A stretch of DNA of 61,641 nt from a virus. How positions within the stretch are numbered: position 1 is the stretch's first letter; each line of letters begins with the position of its first letter. Of the stretch, positions 24,728 through 33,087 are shown piece by piece. A program made the position numbers and the translations under genes. Under the pieces are notes generated by a model that searched no databases, had not been told where the DNA came from, and saw nothing but the letters and a program-made list of their open reading frames with translations. The stretch is from the IMG/VR virus record IMGVR_UViG_3300045988_050566. One strand, given 5' to 3'.

Positions 24728-25168
24728 CTACTGACCTACCCCGGTCGGCTCCTCGCATTCCAGCTCCGGCCCCGTGGCTGCGGCGGCCTGCGTGTCCGCC
24801 GCCCGGTGCTTGTCCGGCCAGTTGTTGTTCTTGCTCAAATTCTCCACCAACGACTTGATGGCGTAGGCCAGCACCACGCCGATAATCTCCGTGACCGCGA
24901 CCTGCGAAAGGCTTTCCGCAATCTGCATCTTGTCGAGGTATGCGAGGATATAGCTGCACCACACCCACGCGAAGCCGTTTCCGAGGCAGACCCAAACCAC
25001 CTTTTTCATGGTCTCTGTCCGCTTCCGCTCCTCGCGCTTACCGCCCGCCCGGAGGGATTTCACCCTCCGGCGCAGGCGTTCGACGGTGCCCCGGAAAACC
25101 AAAAAGCTCACCAAGGCCCCGGCGAAAAACGCGAGGACGGCGAGGAGGATGTTGTTTCCTGTTTCCAT
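24728..25168 (-). CDS. holin-like membrane protein (146 aa)
   Basis: METGNNILLAVLAFFAGALVSFLVF plus two further hydrophobic segments. Lies between the XhlA-like gene and the endolysin. Confidence 0.7.
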   Translation of the reverse strand: METGNNILLAVLAFFAGALVSFLVFRGTVERLRRRVKSLRAGGKREERKRTETMKKVVWVCLGNGFAWVWCSYILAYLDKMQIAESLSQVAVTEIIGVVLAYAIKSLVENLSKNNNWPDKHRAADTQAAAATGPELECEEPTGVGQ

Positions 25169-25181
25169 CGCCGTCCCCTCC

Positions 25182-25598
25182 TCACATCGGTAGCCCGAGC
25201 TTCCCGAGGAAGTAGGCCACGACCGCCAAGGCGACCGCCGCCACAATCCCGCCCACTACTTTCTCCCACTGGCGGGCTGGCTTCATCTCCAAGTCGGTCA
25301 CGCGCTTGTTCAGCCCCTCGACCTCCTTGCCGATGTTCCCGAGCTTTTCCAATCCCGAAACGCGGGAACTGAATCCGTCGATTTTATCCCCGAGGCCATC
25401 CAACTTCTCCATGATGTGTTCGTCCCGCTCCTCGCGCTTGGCATCTCCCTTTTCAAGCAGCTCCAACCGTTTCAGCAGGTCTTGGTGTGTCCTGTCGGAT
25501 TCGTTTAGATGTCGGTCGATAATTTTCTCGAGCTGGCGGGCTTTCTCAAGCCCAAGACAGTCCCGGTACGGGTCTAAAATGCACTTTTCATCTGCCAT
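25182..25598 (-). CDS. xhlA: XhlA-like lysis-associated protein (coiled coil plus C-terminal TM, 138 aa)
   Basis: Heptad-rich middle region, C-terminal VVGGIVAAVALAVVAYFLG. Same position as in the PBSX-type xhlA-holin-lysin order. Confidence 0.65.
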   Translation of the reverse strand: MADEKCILDPYRDCLGLEKARQLEKIIDRHLNESDRTHQDLLKRLELLEKGDAKREERDEHIMEKLDGLGDKIDGFSSRVSGLEKLGNIGKEVEGLNKRVTDLEMKPARQWEKVVGGIVAAVALAVVAYFLGKLGLPM

Positions 25599-25628
25599 TC
25601 AATAGACCTCCGTAAATTTCCGCCTTTC

Positions 25629-25660
25629 AGAAAATGAAACGGGGGCGCGCCTGCGCCCCC
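25629..25660 (-). terminator. rho-independent terminator upstream of the lysis cassette
   Basis: Minus strand: GGGGGCGC-aggc-GCGCCCCC followed by GTTTCATTTTCT. Confidence 0.65.
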
Positions 25661-25666
25661 GTTCCG

Positions 25667-25831
25667 TCACTCTCCGATTAGCTTCTCCCTTTCGGCTGCC
25701 GCCTCCTCCATCTTTTTCTCGATGTCGGCCACGGCCCCGAGCTGCGCAAGCGCGTCCGCCTGCGCCTGAATGATGTCGGCCTGCTCCTTGACGAGGCCTG
25801 TCAGCCTCGCTACAAGCTCCGCCGCCGTCAT
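25667..25831 (-). CDS. small coiled-coil protein (54 aa, below ORF-track cutoff)
   Basis: Own translation MTAAELVARLTGLVKEQADIIQAQADALAQLGAVADIEKKMEEAAAEREKLIGE. GGGAGGAG 8 nt upstream; ATGA overlap with the upstream stop. Confidence 0.5.
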   Translation of the reverse strand: MTAAELVARLTGLVKEQADIIQAQADALAQLGAVADIEKKMEEAAAEREKLIGE

Positions 25832-25995
25832 TCTGCGTACTCCTCCCCGGTGATCTCCGCGTACTGCTCTGCGGTGATTTCGCCGTCAGCGACGCGGCCC
25901 GCGAGTACCTGCTTCACCCCGCTCTGGCGGGCAGCGGGCATCTCCGCCCAAGTCTTTGTTCCGGCCACCAGTCTGTTCGCCCAAATTTCGTTCAT
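25828..25995 (-). CDS. XkdX-like small tail-fibre-associated protein (55 aa, below ORF-track cutoff)
   Basis: Own translation MNEIWANRLVAGTKTWAEMPAARQSGVKQVLAGRVADGEITAEQYAEITGEEYAE. The G.IT.EQY.EITGE ending is the XkdX signature as I remember it. Confidence 0.6.
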   Translation of the reverse strand: MNEIWANRLVAGTKTWAEMPAARQSGVKQVLAGRVADGEITAEQYAEITGEEYAE

Positions 25996-26387
25996 TAGTT
26001 TTCACCTCCGCTCATTGCCATAATCATCTCGTCCAGCTCACAAAGCGCGTCCTCAACCGCCGTCGCGTTCTCTGTCGAGGCCGTGTCCAGCTCGCACAGG
26101 GCCTCCTCGATTTCCACAATGGCGGTGTTGGTGTTCTCCTCGTTCTCCGCAATCCGTGCCCGGTTGCGGAAAACGTACTCGGAGACCTCGCCCTCCGTAA
26201 TGACGGCCTGCGGCGCGTCCGGGATTGCGCTCCCGCCGCCGATGTTGTAGAGGTCGCCGTTTACGGAAATGCCCTCCGCCTGCGCTTCCTCTGCCTCGAC
26301 GTATGCGCCGCTGGCCTCATTCTTCCTGACGTAGCGCGGCTTGTCGCAAAGGGCCAGCAGCACCCCGTCGCTGATGATTGCGTACAT
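25995..26387 (-). CDS. hypothetical protein (130 aa), XkdW-position
   Basis: MYAIISDGVLLALCDKPRYV after GAGGAGGT; precedes the XkdX-like gene. Confidence 0.6.
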   Translation of the reverse strand: MYAIISDGVLLALCDKPRYVRKNEASGAYVEAEEAQAEGISVNGDLYNIGGGSAIPDAPQAVITEGEVSEYVFRNRARIAENEENTNTAIVEIEEALCELDTASTENATAVEDALCELDEMIMAMSGGEN

Positions 26388-26392
26388 CGTCC

Positions 26393-26815
26393 TTACCTCC
26401 TCTTGACTTTGATTTTCAATGCGTCTGCGAGCTTTTGCAGTTCCTCCGGCTCCGCCGCAAAGAAGTCCTCGTTGAACAGAATTACCTCCAAGTCCTGCCG
26501 CAGGAAGTGTCCCCAATCCCTTTCCAGCATCTCGATTTCCTCGTCGCTGAACCGCTGCCGCCGCCCCTCCGCGCTGTACCGCTCCCGGTTGCTGTAGGCG
26601 ATGGCGTAGGTCAGTGCGCCGCGCTCAAGCCCCCGCCCGTCGTCGTTCCGGGCAAAGTGCTTTTTCGCGTTCTCGCTGGTGCTGTAGCAGACCTCTCTCC
26701 CGTCCGGCAACACGAGCGAATACCCCTCCGTGTGCAGCTCCGTCCCATAAGGGATGTTCAGCCGCTCCCCGCACAGGGCCAGCTCCTTGTACCTGTGGTG
26801 CGTCACGTAATTCAT
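26393..26815 (-). CDS. hypothetical protein (140 aa) translationally coupled to the RT
   Basis: MNYVTHHRYKELALCGERLNIPYG; ATGA overlap with the RT stop. Confidence 0.6.
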   Translation of the reverse strand: MNYVTHHRYKELALCGERLNIPYGTELHTEGYSLVLPDGREVCYSTSENAKKHFARNDDGRGLERGALTYAIAYSNRERYSAEGRRQRFSDEEIEMLERDWGHFLRQDLEVILFNEDFFAAEPEELQKLADALKIKVKRR

Positions 26816-28068
26816 GCCGCTGCTTCCTCCTCTCTGACTGAGCCGTGCCGCCTGTAAATCCAGCCCGCCTCCGTCTTGGTCGCTTTCATGGTGCATTTGA
26901 ATTTCTTTTTCCGCGCCGACAGCTCCGCCTCGAACAGCCGCACGAACTTCTCGTCCATCGTCCGCAGCGTGTCATAACTGTTGCACCGCAGCGCGTGCGC
27001 CCTCCACGACTGGTAGGACTGAAAAATGTCCTCCGCCGCGAGCTTGCCCTTGTCCAGCCACTCCCGGAAAATTTTAATCTTCCTCCGCATGGCCCGGACG
27101 CTGCTCCTGCTCAACTTCATCGTCACCTTGCCTCCCTCCCGCAGCGTTATCCGCATCTTGAGGAATTTGAAGCTGTGGTGCCGAAACGGGGTTATCCTGC
27201 ATTTCTTCTCGCTGAGTGCAATCCCCATCTCCTCCGCCATCTTGTGCAAGCATCGGTCGATGTCCCGCAGCTCCTCGAGTGAGTTGCTGATTGCGTACCC
27301 GTCGTCCATGTACCTCCCGTACCCGTGTATGCCGCGCACGTCTTTCACGTAATGGTCTATCGGGCTTGCATAGTCCAGCGCGATAATCTGGCTTATCTCG
27401 CTCCCCAGCCCCACGCCGCGCTTGCGCTCCGCCGTCTTGTCCGCCGTTTTCATCCTCTGAAAATCGTCCACAAATTGGCAGAACAGGGCGTAGAGGCGGT
27501 CGTCCATGATTTTCGCCCTCGCTCTCCGCTTGATTTCGTCGTGGGGCAAGCTCGCAAAATACCCCTTGAAGTCGAATTGGTAAATCCCACCCTCTGTCCC
27601 GAACTTCCTGTAGTGGTCTTGAAGATGCTTCTTGAGCCGCTTTAGCTGGAAGTCCATACCCTTGTCCGCAAGGCTCGCGCCGTTGTCATAAATGAAGCTG
27701 CGCGAATATGCCCGCGTCAAAAGGTTACTGCATAGGCACTTCTGAATCGCCCTCTCCTGTATCGGGAGCGCGTCGATGTTCCGTTCTTTCCCGTGTTCAA
27801 TGGTCGTGAAGCTCTGAAAGCCCCGGAACTTCCTTGTGCCGTTCTGTAGTGTCTCATAGGTCTTGAGGCTTTCTGCCAGCAGGTTCGTCTCGAAGTTTAT
27901 CGTTGACGTTTTCCACCTCGCGCCGTTGCAGCAGGCCTTGCCCGCCTTGCAGAGGTTCCCGAACGACATCACCTCGTCGAAGCTCGCGCCTCCGGCCTCC
28001 TGCGCTTTCTGCTGCCTCCGCGCTTTCCGCCGTTGGTATCTCGCCTCGCGCCTTTCGCTGCTGTTCAC
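26812..28068 (-). CDS. DGR-type reverse transcriptase (418 aa from GTG 28068; start uncertain, alternatives ATG 27969 or 28179)
   Basis: Catalytic GYGRYMDDGYAIS (YMDD). GVGLGSEISQIIALDY matches the DGR-RT (I/L)G..xSQ motif. AGGAGG lies 10 nt before the GTG. Sits next to the TR and an Avd-like gene. Confidence 0.85.
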   Translation of the reverse strand: MNSSERREARYQRRKARRQQKAQEAGGASFDEVMSFGNLCKAGKACCNGARWKTSTINFETNLLAESLKTYETLQNGTRKFRGFQSFTTIEHGKERNIDALPIQERAIQKCLCSNLLTRAYSRSFIYDNGASLADKGMDFQLKRLKKHLQDHYRKFGTEGGIYQFDFKGYFASLPHDEIKRRARAKIMDDRLYALFCQFVDDFQRMKTADKTAERKRGVGLGSEISQIIALDYASPIDHYVKDVRGIHGYGRYMDDGYAISNSLEELRDIDRCLHKMAEEMGIALSEKKCRITPFRHHSFKFLKMRITLREGGKVTMKLSRSSVRAMRRKIKIFREWLDKGKLAAEDIFQSYQSWRAHALRCNSYDTLRTMDEKFVRLFEAELSARKKKFKCTMKATKTEAGWIYRRHGSVREEEAAA

Positions 28069-28392
28069 TTTTCTCTTGCCTCCTGTGCCGCCAAGATGCA
28101 GTATCCCACACGTACAGCGACATGGCTCTGCGGGTGGTTTGCAGGGTGCATCACTCCCCGCACCTCTCCCGCCAGCCATGACGGTTTTTTCGTAGCTGCG
28201 TAACGGCTGCTCATGTAACCGGGGCACTCCCGTCAAAATCCCCAGCCATGCAAGAAGCGTCCGGGCCTCCGTATCGTGTGGTAAGTTTAGGATTGAAGCC
28301 CCGTCTCCGGGGTCAGTCTCCAAGGGTCAAGTCCTCCTTTAAGTTTTGGGGCGCGGCTTCGCATTTCGCTACTTGTTCTGGCCCCAGTCTGT

Positions 28393-28526
28393 CCTTAAAT
28401 CCCGGCGCGAAGCCATTCGACCAGTTCGCGTTGTTGTTGTTCGCGCTGCCGTCCGTGTTCACATTGCAGAAGTTGTTCGAGTTCGTCGCATTGACGGAGC
28501 GGAGCCACCAATTGCAGGCGGCGCCG
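28393..28526 (-). repeat. DGR template repeat (TR)
   Basis: 134 bp aligning to VR1 (29116-29249) with 15 mismatches, and to VR2 (60662-60768) with 17 mismatches. All mismatches are at + strand T (coding-strand A). The sense translation is Asn-rich: WWLRSVNATNSNNFCNVNTDGSANNNNANWSNGFAPGFKD. Confidence 0.9.
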
Positions 28527-28547
28527 TCAGGACTTGCCCTACAAAAA

Positions 28548-29015
28548 TCACGCTTTCCCAGCCTCCTCCGCCTTGCGGCGGTAGCCGTTCCAACGCTTTT
28601 TGTCGCTCTCCAAGACCGCCCGGAGCCGGGAGAACGCGTTGTTTGCCAGCGTCGTCCACGCTTGGAACGCCTTTTCGTACTCTGCCTTTCCCGCAAAGAA
28701 GTTGTTCCCCGCGTCCACCATCTCATAGCAGAACGTAATCTCTCCGCAAATCGCGTCCGCGCTGCTGCACGCTATCATCAGGTAGCGGTGCCGCAGCTCG
28801 TAGTCGTGTTCGCTCATGTCCTTGTGCAGGTAGATCGCATTCCCCTTGAGGGCGTTGAGGTATATCTCCCTCGCCAGTTCCAGCAGCCCGTTCGTGATGT
28901 CGCGGTAGCTCTTGGGGAACTTCCGCGTCACCCGCACGGTGTACTTGCGCAGCTCCCTCGCGTCCGCGATGAACTGCGCCGCAGCGTCTTTCCTCCGGGA
29001 TTTGTAAACCGACAT
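28548..29015 (-). CDS. avd: Avd-like accessory variability determinant (155 aa)
   Basis: Small basic helical protein (RKFPKSYRDITNGLLELAREIYLNALKGN) between the target gene and the TR, the canonical DGR position. Confidence 0.75.
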   Translation of the reverse strand: MSVYKSRRKDAAAQFIADARELRKYTVRVTRKFPKSYRDITNGLLELAREIYLNALKGNAIYLHKDMSEHDYELRHRYLMIACSSADAICGEITFCYEMVDAGNNFFAGKAEYEKAFQAWTTLANNAFSRLRAVLESDKKRWNGYRRKAEEAGKA

Positions 29016-29059
29016 TTCTCACTCCCTCCTCTCGCTCTGTGCGTTCCTGTCGTTCCGCT

Positions 29060-29081
29060 GGCGGGGGCTTTCGCCCCCACC
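29060..29081 (-). promoter_or_regulatory. GC hairpin with GAAA loop 26 nt downstream of VR1 (DGR target-recognition-type stem-loop)
   Basis: Minus strand: GGTGGGGGC-GAAA-GCCCCCGCC (core 6-bp G/C stem). Confidence 0.65.
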
Positions 29082-29107
29082 GCTTCACTTGCCTCCCTGA
29101 TTTTGGA

Positions 29108-30697
29108 TTAGGCAACCTTAAAGCCCGGCGCGAAGCCAAGCGACCAGTACGCGATGGTGTTGCTCGCGCTGCCGACCGTGTCCACATAGCAGAAGTAGTA
29201 CGAGTTCGCCGCATAGACGGAGCGGAGCCACCAATAGCAGGCGGCGCCGGTCGCGTTGTGCTTGTACTTCACCTTGCTGTTGCCGTTCTTGTAGTAGTCA
29301 TACTGCTTCTGGTAGTTCTGCTCCGCGCTGTTCGCGTAGCTGCGCGAGCCGTGTACCTCGAACTCCGAAAGCAGCCAGATTTTGTCCTGCGTCGCCGTGA
29401 CGCAGCTGGCCGTGTTGCTGCCGCCGCCCCGGTTGTCGCTGTACTTGGTGCAGGCCACAATCACGTTCTGCCATTCCGCCGGGAGTGCCGAGAGGAACGC
29501 CGGGCAGATGGTCTGGCGCATATAGCTGCTCTCCCAGCCGCCGGAGTTGGTATTACTGGTGTTCATCACGAATCGGGCGTTCGCGTTGTTGCTGTAATAC
29601 TCGTTGTACCCTGCGTCCACAAAGGCGATGTCCTTGCTGCTCGCGTCCTTGCCGAACTGGAAGTGGATGCTGTTGCCGCCCTCCACGCTGCTGTTGTGGT
29701 TGAATCCGAGGATAAAGGCGTAGTAGGTGCCATTGATCGTCAGCGACCCCACCTTACCGTTTACTGCGATAGGCATCTTGTCGCCCGCGCTCCAAAGGTT
29801 CGCCGCCTGCCCGGACTGGGCGGCCTCCTTGATGGTGGCCGGGTCGTTGTCCTCGAGGGACGGGCTTGCCATCTTCACCGTCACGCTGACGGTCTTGTTG
29901 GCCGGGGCCGTGTGGTTGGTGCCCTCCGCGCACTTGACCGTAATGGTCGCCGTGCCGCTGCCCTTGGCCGTGATGGTGATGGTCGTCCCGCTCACACTCA
30001 CGGTCGCCACGTCCGTCTTGTTGGAGCTGGCCGAAATCACGCCGTCGCCGCTCCGGGTGGCCGTGACCGTCCCGGTGGCGGTGCCGCCGCTCAAGGTGAG
30101 GCTGCTCTTGTTCAGCGTCAGGCTGCCCGCCGCCTTGTTGATTTTCCACGTGATGCTCTTGGCCGTGGTGGTGCCGTCGCTCCACTGGTAGTTCTTGCCC
30201 GGCGTGAATGTGGCCGTGTAGCTGCCCGCATTGGTGCCCGAGTTGGTGCCCCCCAGCGTCATCTTCCCGCTGTCATAGTTGGCCCATGTGGGGGACTGCG
30301 CGCTGCCCGTGTAGGTCAGGCTGCCGCTCTGCGACGGGGTGGCGATGTTCGCCCTCCCAATCGTCCAGTTCACGGTCTTTGCCCCGGTGGTGTCGTCCTC
30401 CCACTTGTACCCCTCTTTCGGGGTGAATGTCACCTGATAGGTGCCCGCGTCGGTCGCGCTCTGCGTCCCGCCGATTTCCAGCGCGTTCGGGTCGTAGTTG
30501 TTCCAGCTCGGGGACTGCGCCTGCCCGTTATAGGTCAGCACGCCGCCCTGCGAGGGAACTGCGCTGATTTTGGTCGTCATTTCCGTAATGGCCTTCTGCG
30601 CTGCCTCTGCGGTCTCTTTGGCCGCCTGCGCAATCTTCCTCACGGCTTCCAGCTCCGCCCCGGTAACGCCCGGGACGTTTACTGCTCCATACGCCAT
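29108..30697 (-). CDS. tail-fibre / receptor-binding protein, DGR target 1 (529 aa)
   Basis: Repeated Ig-like segments (GTYQVTFTPKEGYKW, GSYTATFTPGKNYQW, Big_2-like VATVSVSGTTITITAKGSGTATITV). C-terminus CYWWLRSVYAANSYYFCYVDTVGSASNTIAYWSLGFAPGFKVA contains VR1. Confidence 0.85.
   Translation of the reverse strand: MAYGAVNVPGVTGAELEAVRKIAQAAKETAEAAQKAITEMTTKISAVPSQGGVLTYNGQAQSPSWNNYDPNALEIGGTQSATDAGTYQVTFTPKEGYKWEDDTTGAKTVNWTIGRANIATPSQSGSLTYTGSAQSPTWANYDSGKMTLGGTNSGTNAGSYTATFTPGKNYQWSDGTTTAKSITWKINKAAGSLTLNKSSLTLSGGTATGTVTATRSGDGVISASSNKTDVATVSVSGTTITITAKGSGTATITVKCAEGTNHTAPANKTVSVTVKMASPSLEDNDPATIKEAAQSGQAANLWSAGDKMPIAVNGKVGSLTINGTYYAFILGFNHNSSVEGGNSIHFQFGKDASSKDIAFVDAGYNEYYSNNANARFVMNTSNTNSGGWESSYMRQTICPAFLSALPAEWQNVIVACTKYSDNRGGGSNTASCVTATQDKIWLLSEFEVHGSRSYANSAEQNYQKQYDYYKNGNSKVKYKHNATGAACYWWLRSVYAANSYYFCYVDTVGSASNTIAYWSLGFAPGFKVA
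29116..29249 (-). repeat. DGR variable repeat 1 (VR1), last ~44 codons of the tail-fibre gene
   Basis: See the TR entry. The differences from the TR are only at TR adenines (coding strand). Confidence 0.9.
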
Positions 30698-30700
30698 GCC

Positions 30701-31108
30701 TTACTCCTTTCCGTCCTCAATCCAAAACTCCGCCGAAATTGCCTCCGCCGGAACTTGGATTGCACGAACTCGAATTTTCCCTGCCATCGTCTCGTTGGTC
30801 GCGCACAGCCCGCAGGTCTTTGCTGTGCCGAGGCTGCCCGGCGCAATCGTGATTGCCGCCCGGTCGTTCGCGGTTACTCCCTCCGCCGCAATGTCGTAGT
30901 AATGAGGGTAGTCCCCGCCGCTGTCGCTCGCCCAGCCCGTGGCCGGAATGGTGATCGCCACGCTCTGCGCCTTGTCTGCCTTGGCCTGTTCCAGCTCCTC
31001 GATTGCCTCGGTCGCCGTCTTTGCCAGCTTCGCCACAAGGCCGCCCGCGTAGTCCCTCGCCTCCTCCGCACAGGCTTTCAAGTGTTCAAATACTGTGATT
31101 TTGCTCAT
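30701..31108 (-). CDS. tail-fibre-associated protein (135 aa), paralogous to a segment of 32085..33074
   Basis: MSKITVFEHLK... after GGGAGGG. Shares ITIPATGW ... AKTCGLCATNETMAGKIRV with ITIPATGW ... AKACGLCTAARTMEGKIRL in the larger gene. Confidence 0.65.
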   Translation of the reverse strand: MSKITVFEHLKACAEEARDYAGGLVAKLAKTATEAIEELEQAKADKAQSVAITIPATGWASDSGGDYPHYYDIAAEGVTANDRAAITIAPGSLGTAKTCGLCATNETMAGKIRVRAIQVPAEAISAEFWIEDGKE

Positions 31109-31130
31109 GCGTGACACCCTCCCATCATCG

Positions 31131-31164
31131 GAAAAAATAACAGGGCGGGATTGCTCCCGCCCTG
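31131..31164 (-). terminator. rho-independent terminator inside the tail-fibre block
   Basis: Minus strand: CAGGGCGGGA-gcaa-TCCCGCCCTG followed by TTATTTTTTCC. Confidence 0.7.
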
Positions 31165-31187
31165 TCTCGCTCCTTTTCCTTGTTGGG

Positions 31188-32015
31188 TTAGGCCTGCTCG
31201 GTCGCAAAGACCTCGTTCAGCATCTCCTGAACTTCCTCGAGGGTGGCGACCTCCATGCCGTCCAGCTTGGCCTTGTCCTCCTTGGACATCAGGCCGTTGG
31301 CCTCGCTGGTGGCGGGGGCGTAGGTGGTGTCCTGCGCGGGAATGCCGAGGCCAGTGATGTCCTCCTTGGTGACGGCCTCAACCGCGCTCACGTGGCCGGT
31401 AGCGTCCACAGTCACCTTGTAGAGGCCGCTGGCCTGCTGGGTGTAGCTGGGGTGGGTGTAGTTGTTCAGGCCCGCCAGCTTCTCCTTGTCCTCGGTGGTG
31501 TAGTCGTTGGTGGAAAGGCCCTTGCCCTCCTCCTTTTCGACGTAGTTGGTGAGGTCAACGGTGGTGTCGTCCAGCAGCACGACCTCGTTCTCCACCTTGG
31601 CGTAGATGTCGTAGTGCTTGGTCTTGCTGTTCATCACGAGGTACATCACGTTGTCCTCGGCGGTCTCCGCCTCGGGCACAGCGTCCACTTTCTTGAAAGA
31701 GGCGTGCCCGGTCTTGGCGATGGCGGTCTGGATGGCCTGCGCGACCTCGCTGTTGGTCTGGAATGCGCTGTCGTTGTTCAGCTCGGAGACCTTAGTGGGA
31801 ACAGTGATGTCCACGGCCTTTTCGCTGACCTCCTGCGCCACGCCGTTGACCTTTACGGTCTCAATGACGTTGGGCTGGCCGCCCGCGCTTTCCAGAGTGT
31901 CCACGCGGCCGGAAAGGGCGCTGACGCTCTCCTTGGTCGCGTACTTCTGCTCGGACTGCTGTGCCAGTTCCTGCAGGGCCTCGAGTTTGGTGAGTTTTTC
32001 CTTGTTGTAAGCCAT
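31188..32015 (-). CDS. tail fibre protein (275 aa)
   Basis: N-terminal coiled coil, then VKVNGV...VDITVPTKVSELNNDSAFQT repeats typical of phage fibres. Position in the tail module. Confidence 0.7.
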   Translation of the reverse strand: MAYNKEKLTKLEALQELAQQSEQKYATKESVSALSGRVDTLESAGGQPNVIETVKVNGVAQEVSEKAVDITVPTKVSELNNDSAFQTNSEVAQAIQTAIAKTGHASFKKVDAVPEAETAEDNVMYLVMNSKTKHYDIYAKVENEVVLLDDTTVDLTNYVEKEEGKGLSTNDYTTEDKEKLAGLNNYTHPSYTQQASGLYKVTVDATGHVSAVEAVTKEDITGLGIPAQDTTYAPATSEANGLMSKEDKAKLDGMEVATLEEVQEMLNEVFATEQA

Positions 32016-32084
32016 AGTTTTTTCCTCCTTGAAAAATAAAATTTATATTGTTTAACGCGGTGGCTTAACCGCGCAAAACACGAG

Positions 32085-33074
32085 TTAGTCGGTGCCCTCC
32101 GCACCATAGATTTCGTCCAGTGCTTCTTCCACTTCACTGTCCGTCGCGGCGATGTCCTCAATGACCGAATCGCCGTCTACCGAGAGCGTGCCGTCCGCCG
32201 AAACGGAAAGCCCCTCTCCAATCTTCACGCCGCCCAGCCGGGTCGTCGTGGCCGCCGGGAGTACGTAGCCGTCGCCCCCGGTGGAGCCGCCTCCGCCCGC
32301 CGCCCCGTTCGAGGCATTCAGCAGCAGTAGGCAGGCCTGCATTTCCGCTGTCGGGGCTTTTTCGGCGTAAAGCCTGATTTTCCCCTCCATCGTCCTTGCC
32401 GCCGTGCAGAGGCCGCACGCCTTGGCCGTCTCCATGTCCGCCGGGAACACGCTCACGGACGGAACCATCTCCTCCGTCACGTCCCCCTGCGGAATGTCCA
32501 AGTAGAAACTGCCCTCGGCTCCCTCCTCCGCGCCTACGTCCCAGCCCGTGGCCGGGATTGTGATTTCCCGCTTGACGGTGGCCCCAGCGATAAGCTGCTC
32601 TACTACCGCCCGCGTCACAATGGAATCCGGGTCGATGGTCGCCGTCACGTTGTCCACGTCTCCCACCGCCGCAATCAGGTCGAATGTCGCCAGCTTGCCT
32701 ACGGCGGAGCTGGCCGGGCGAATCCACTCCGGCCCGTTCTCCAACACAAGGTACGTGTACGGCACCTCACCCTCGTCCGGGTCTGCTGCGTAAAGCAGAA
32801 TCCCCGTGGCGTAAAAGCCCGTTTCCACGTCGGAGCTGTTGATCTGCACCGTGACCTGACACTCGCCGTCCACCGGGTTCGTGACGGCGGAAATTTTCGC
32901 GTCCATCACATACCCCGCAGGCTCCCGCATGGTTTTCGGGGTCTCGCCCTCGGGGATGGTGCCCTTGCCGACTGCCGCCCTCGTGTAGTGCATCTGGCAT
33001 CTTCCTGCCATGACCTTTCCGAGTAGCGCAATGCCCGGCGCGCTGCTGTAGCTGCCGTCCTCAAAAATAGCCAT
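32085..33074 (-). CDS. tail fibre / XkdV-position protein (329 aa)
   Basis: Follows the XkdU-like gene. Shares a domain with 30701..31108. Confidence 0.65.
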   Translation of the reverse strand: MAIFEDGSYSSAPGIALLGKVMAGRCQMHYTRAAVGKGTIPEGETPKTMREPAGYVMDAKISAVTNPVDGECQVTVQINSSDVETGFYATGILLYAADPDEGEVPYTYLVLENGPEWIRPASSAVGKLATFDLIAAVGDVDNVTATIDPDSIVTRAVVEQLIAGATVKREITIPATGWDVGAEEGAEGSFYLDIPQGDVTEEMVPSVSVFPADMETAKACGLCTAARTMEGKIRLYAEKAPTAEMQACLLLLNASNGAAGGGGSTGGDGYVLPAATTTRLGGVKIGEGLSVSADGTLSVDGDSVIEDIAATDSEVEEALDEIYGAEGTD

Positions 33075-33087
33075 CCTCTGTTTCCTC

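Noticed and set aside
24713-24730. Possible TAG readthrough or recoding. Four TAG-terminated genes are in frame with the next gene: holin to endolysin (24728), SleB-like to membrane protein (12212), 993..1205 to the PAPS-reductase-like gene, and 42393 to 41829. The HNH gene has in-frame TAGs as well.
   Set aside because: About 11 well-supported genes end in TAG, and only 4 are in frame with the next ORF, close to the 1/3 expected by chance. Each downstream gene has its own RBS and start. Genome-wide TAG reassignment is therefore not supported, and only the HNH case is reported.
23012-25372. Very long plus-strand ORFs antisense to real genes, for example 23012..25372 (786 aa), 44364..46652 (762 aa), 29039..31114 (691 aa), 6485..7750, and the minus-strand 14117..15850 antisense to the integrase.
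   Set aside because: Their translations are Arg/Gly/Ala/Leu-rich with no motifs and no RBS. They overlap strongly supported genes on the other strand. This is typical of stop-poor antisense frames in high-GC DNA.
28313-28726. Track ORF 28313..28726 (137 aa) covering the TR.
   Set aside because: Its protein-like part is simply the sense translation of the template repeat (WWLRSVNATNSNN...). It has no RBS or plausible start and overlaps the Avd-like gene. It is treated as non-coding TR RNA.
28393-29249. Repeats spaced by ~720 bp, considered as a possible CRISPR-like array.
   Set aside because: There are only two local copies (plus one distant copy), each 134 bp long, differing solely at adenines, and embedded in or next to coding sequence and an RT. 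This is a DGR TR/VR pair, not a CRISPR array. No short regular repeat-spacer arrays were seen anywhere in the window.
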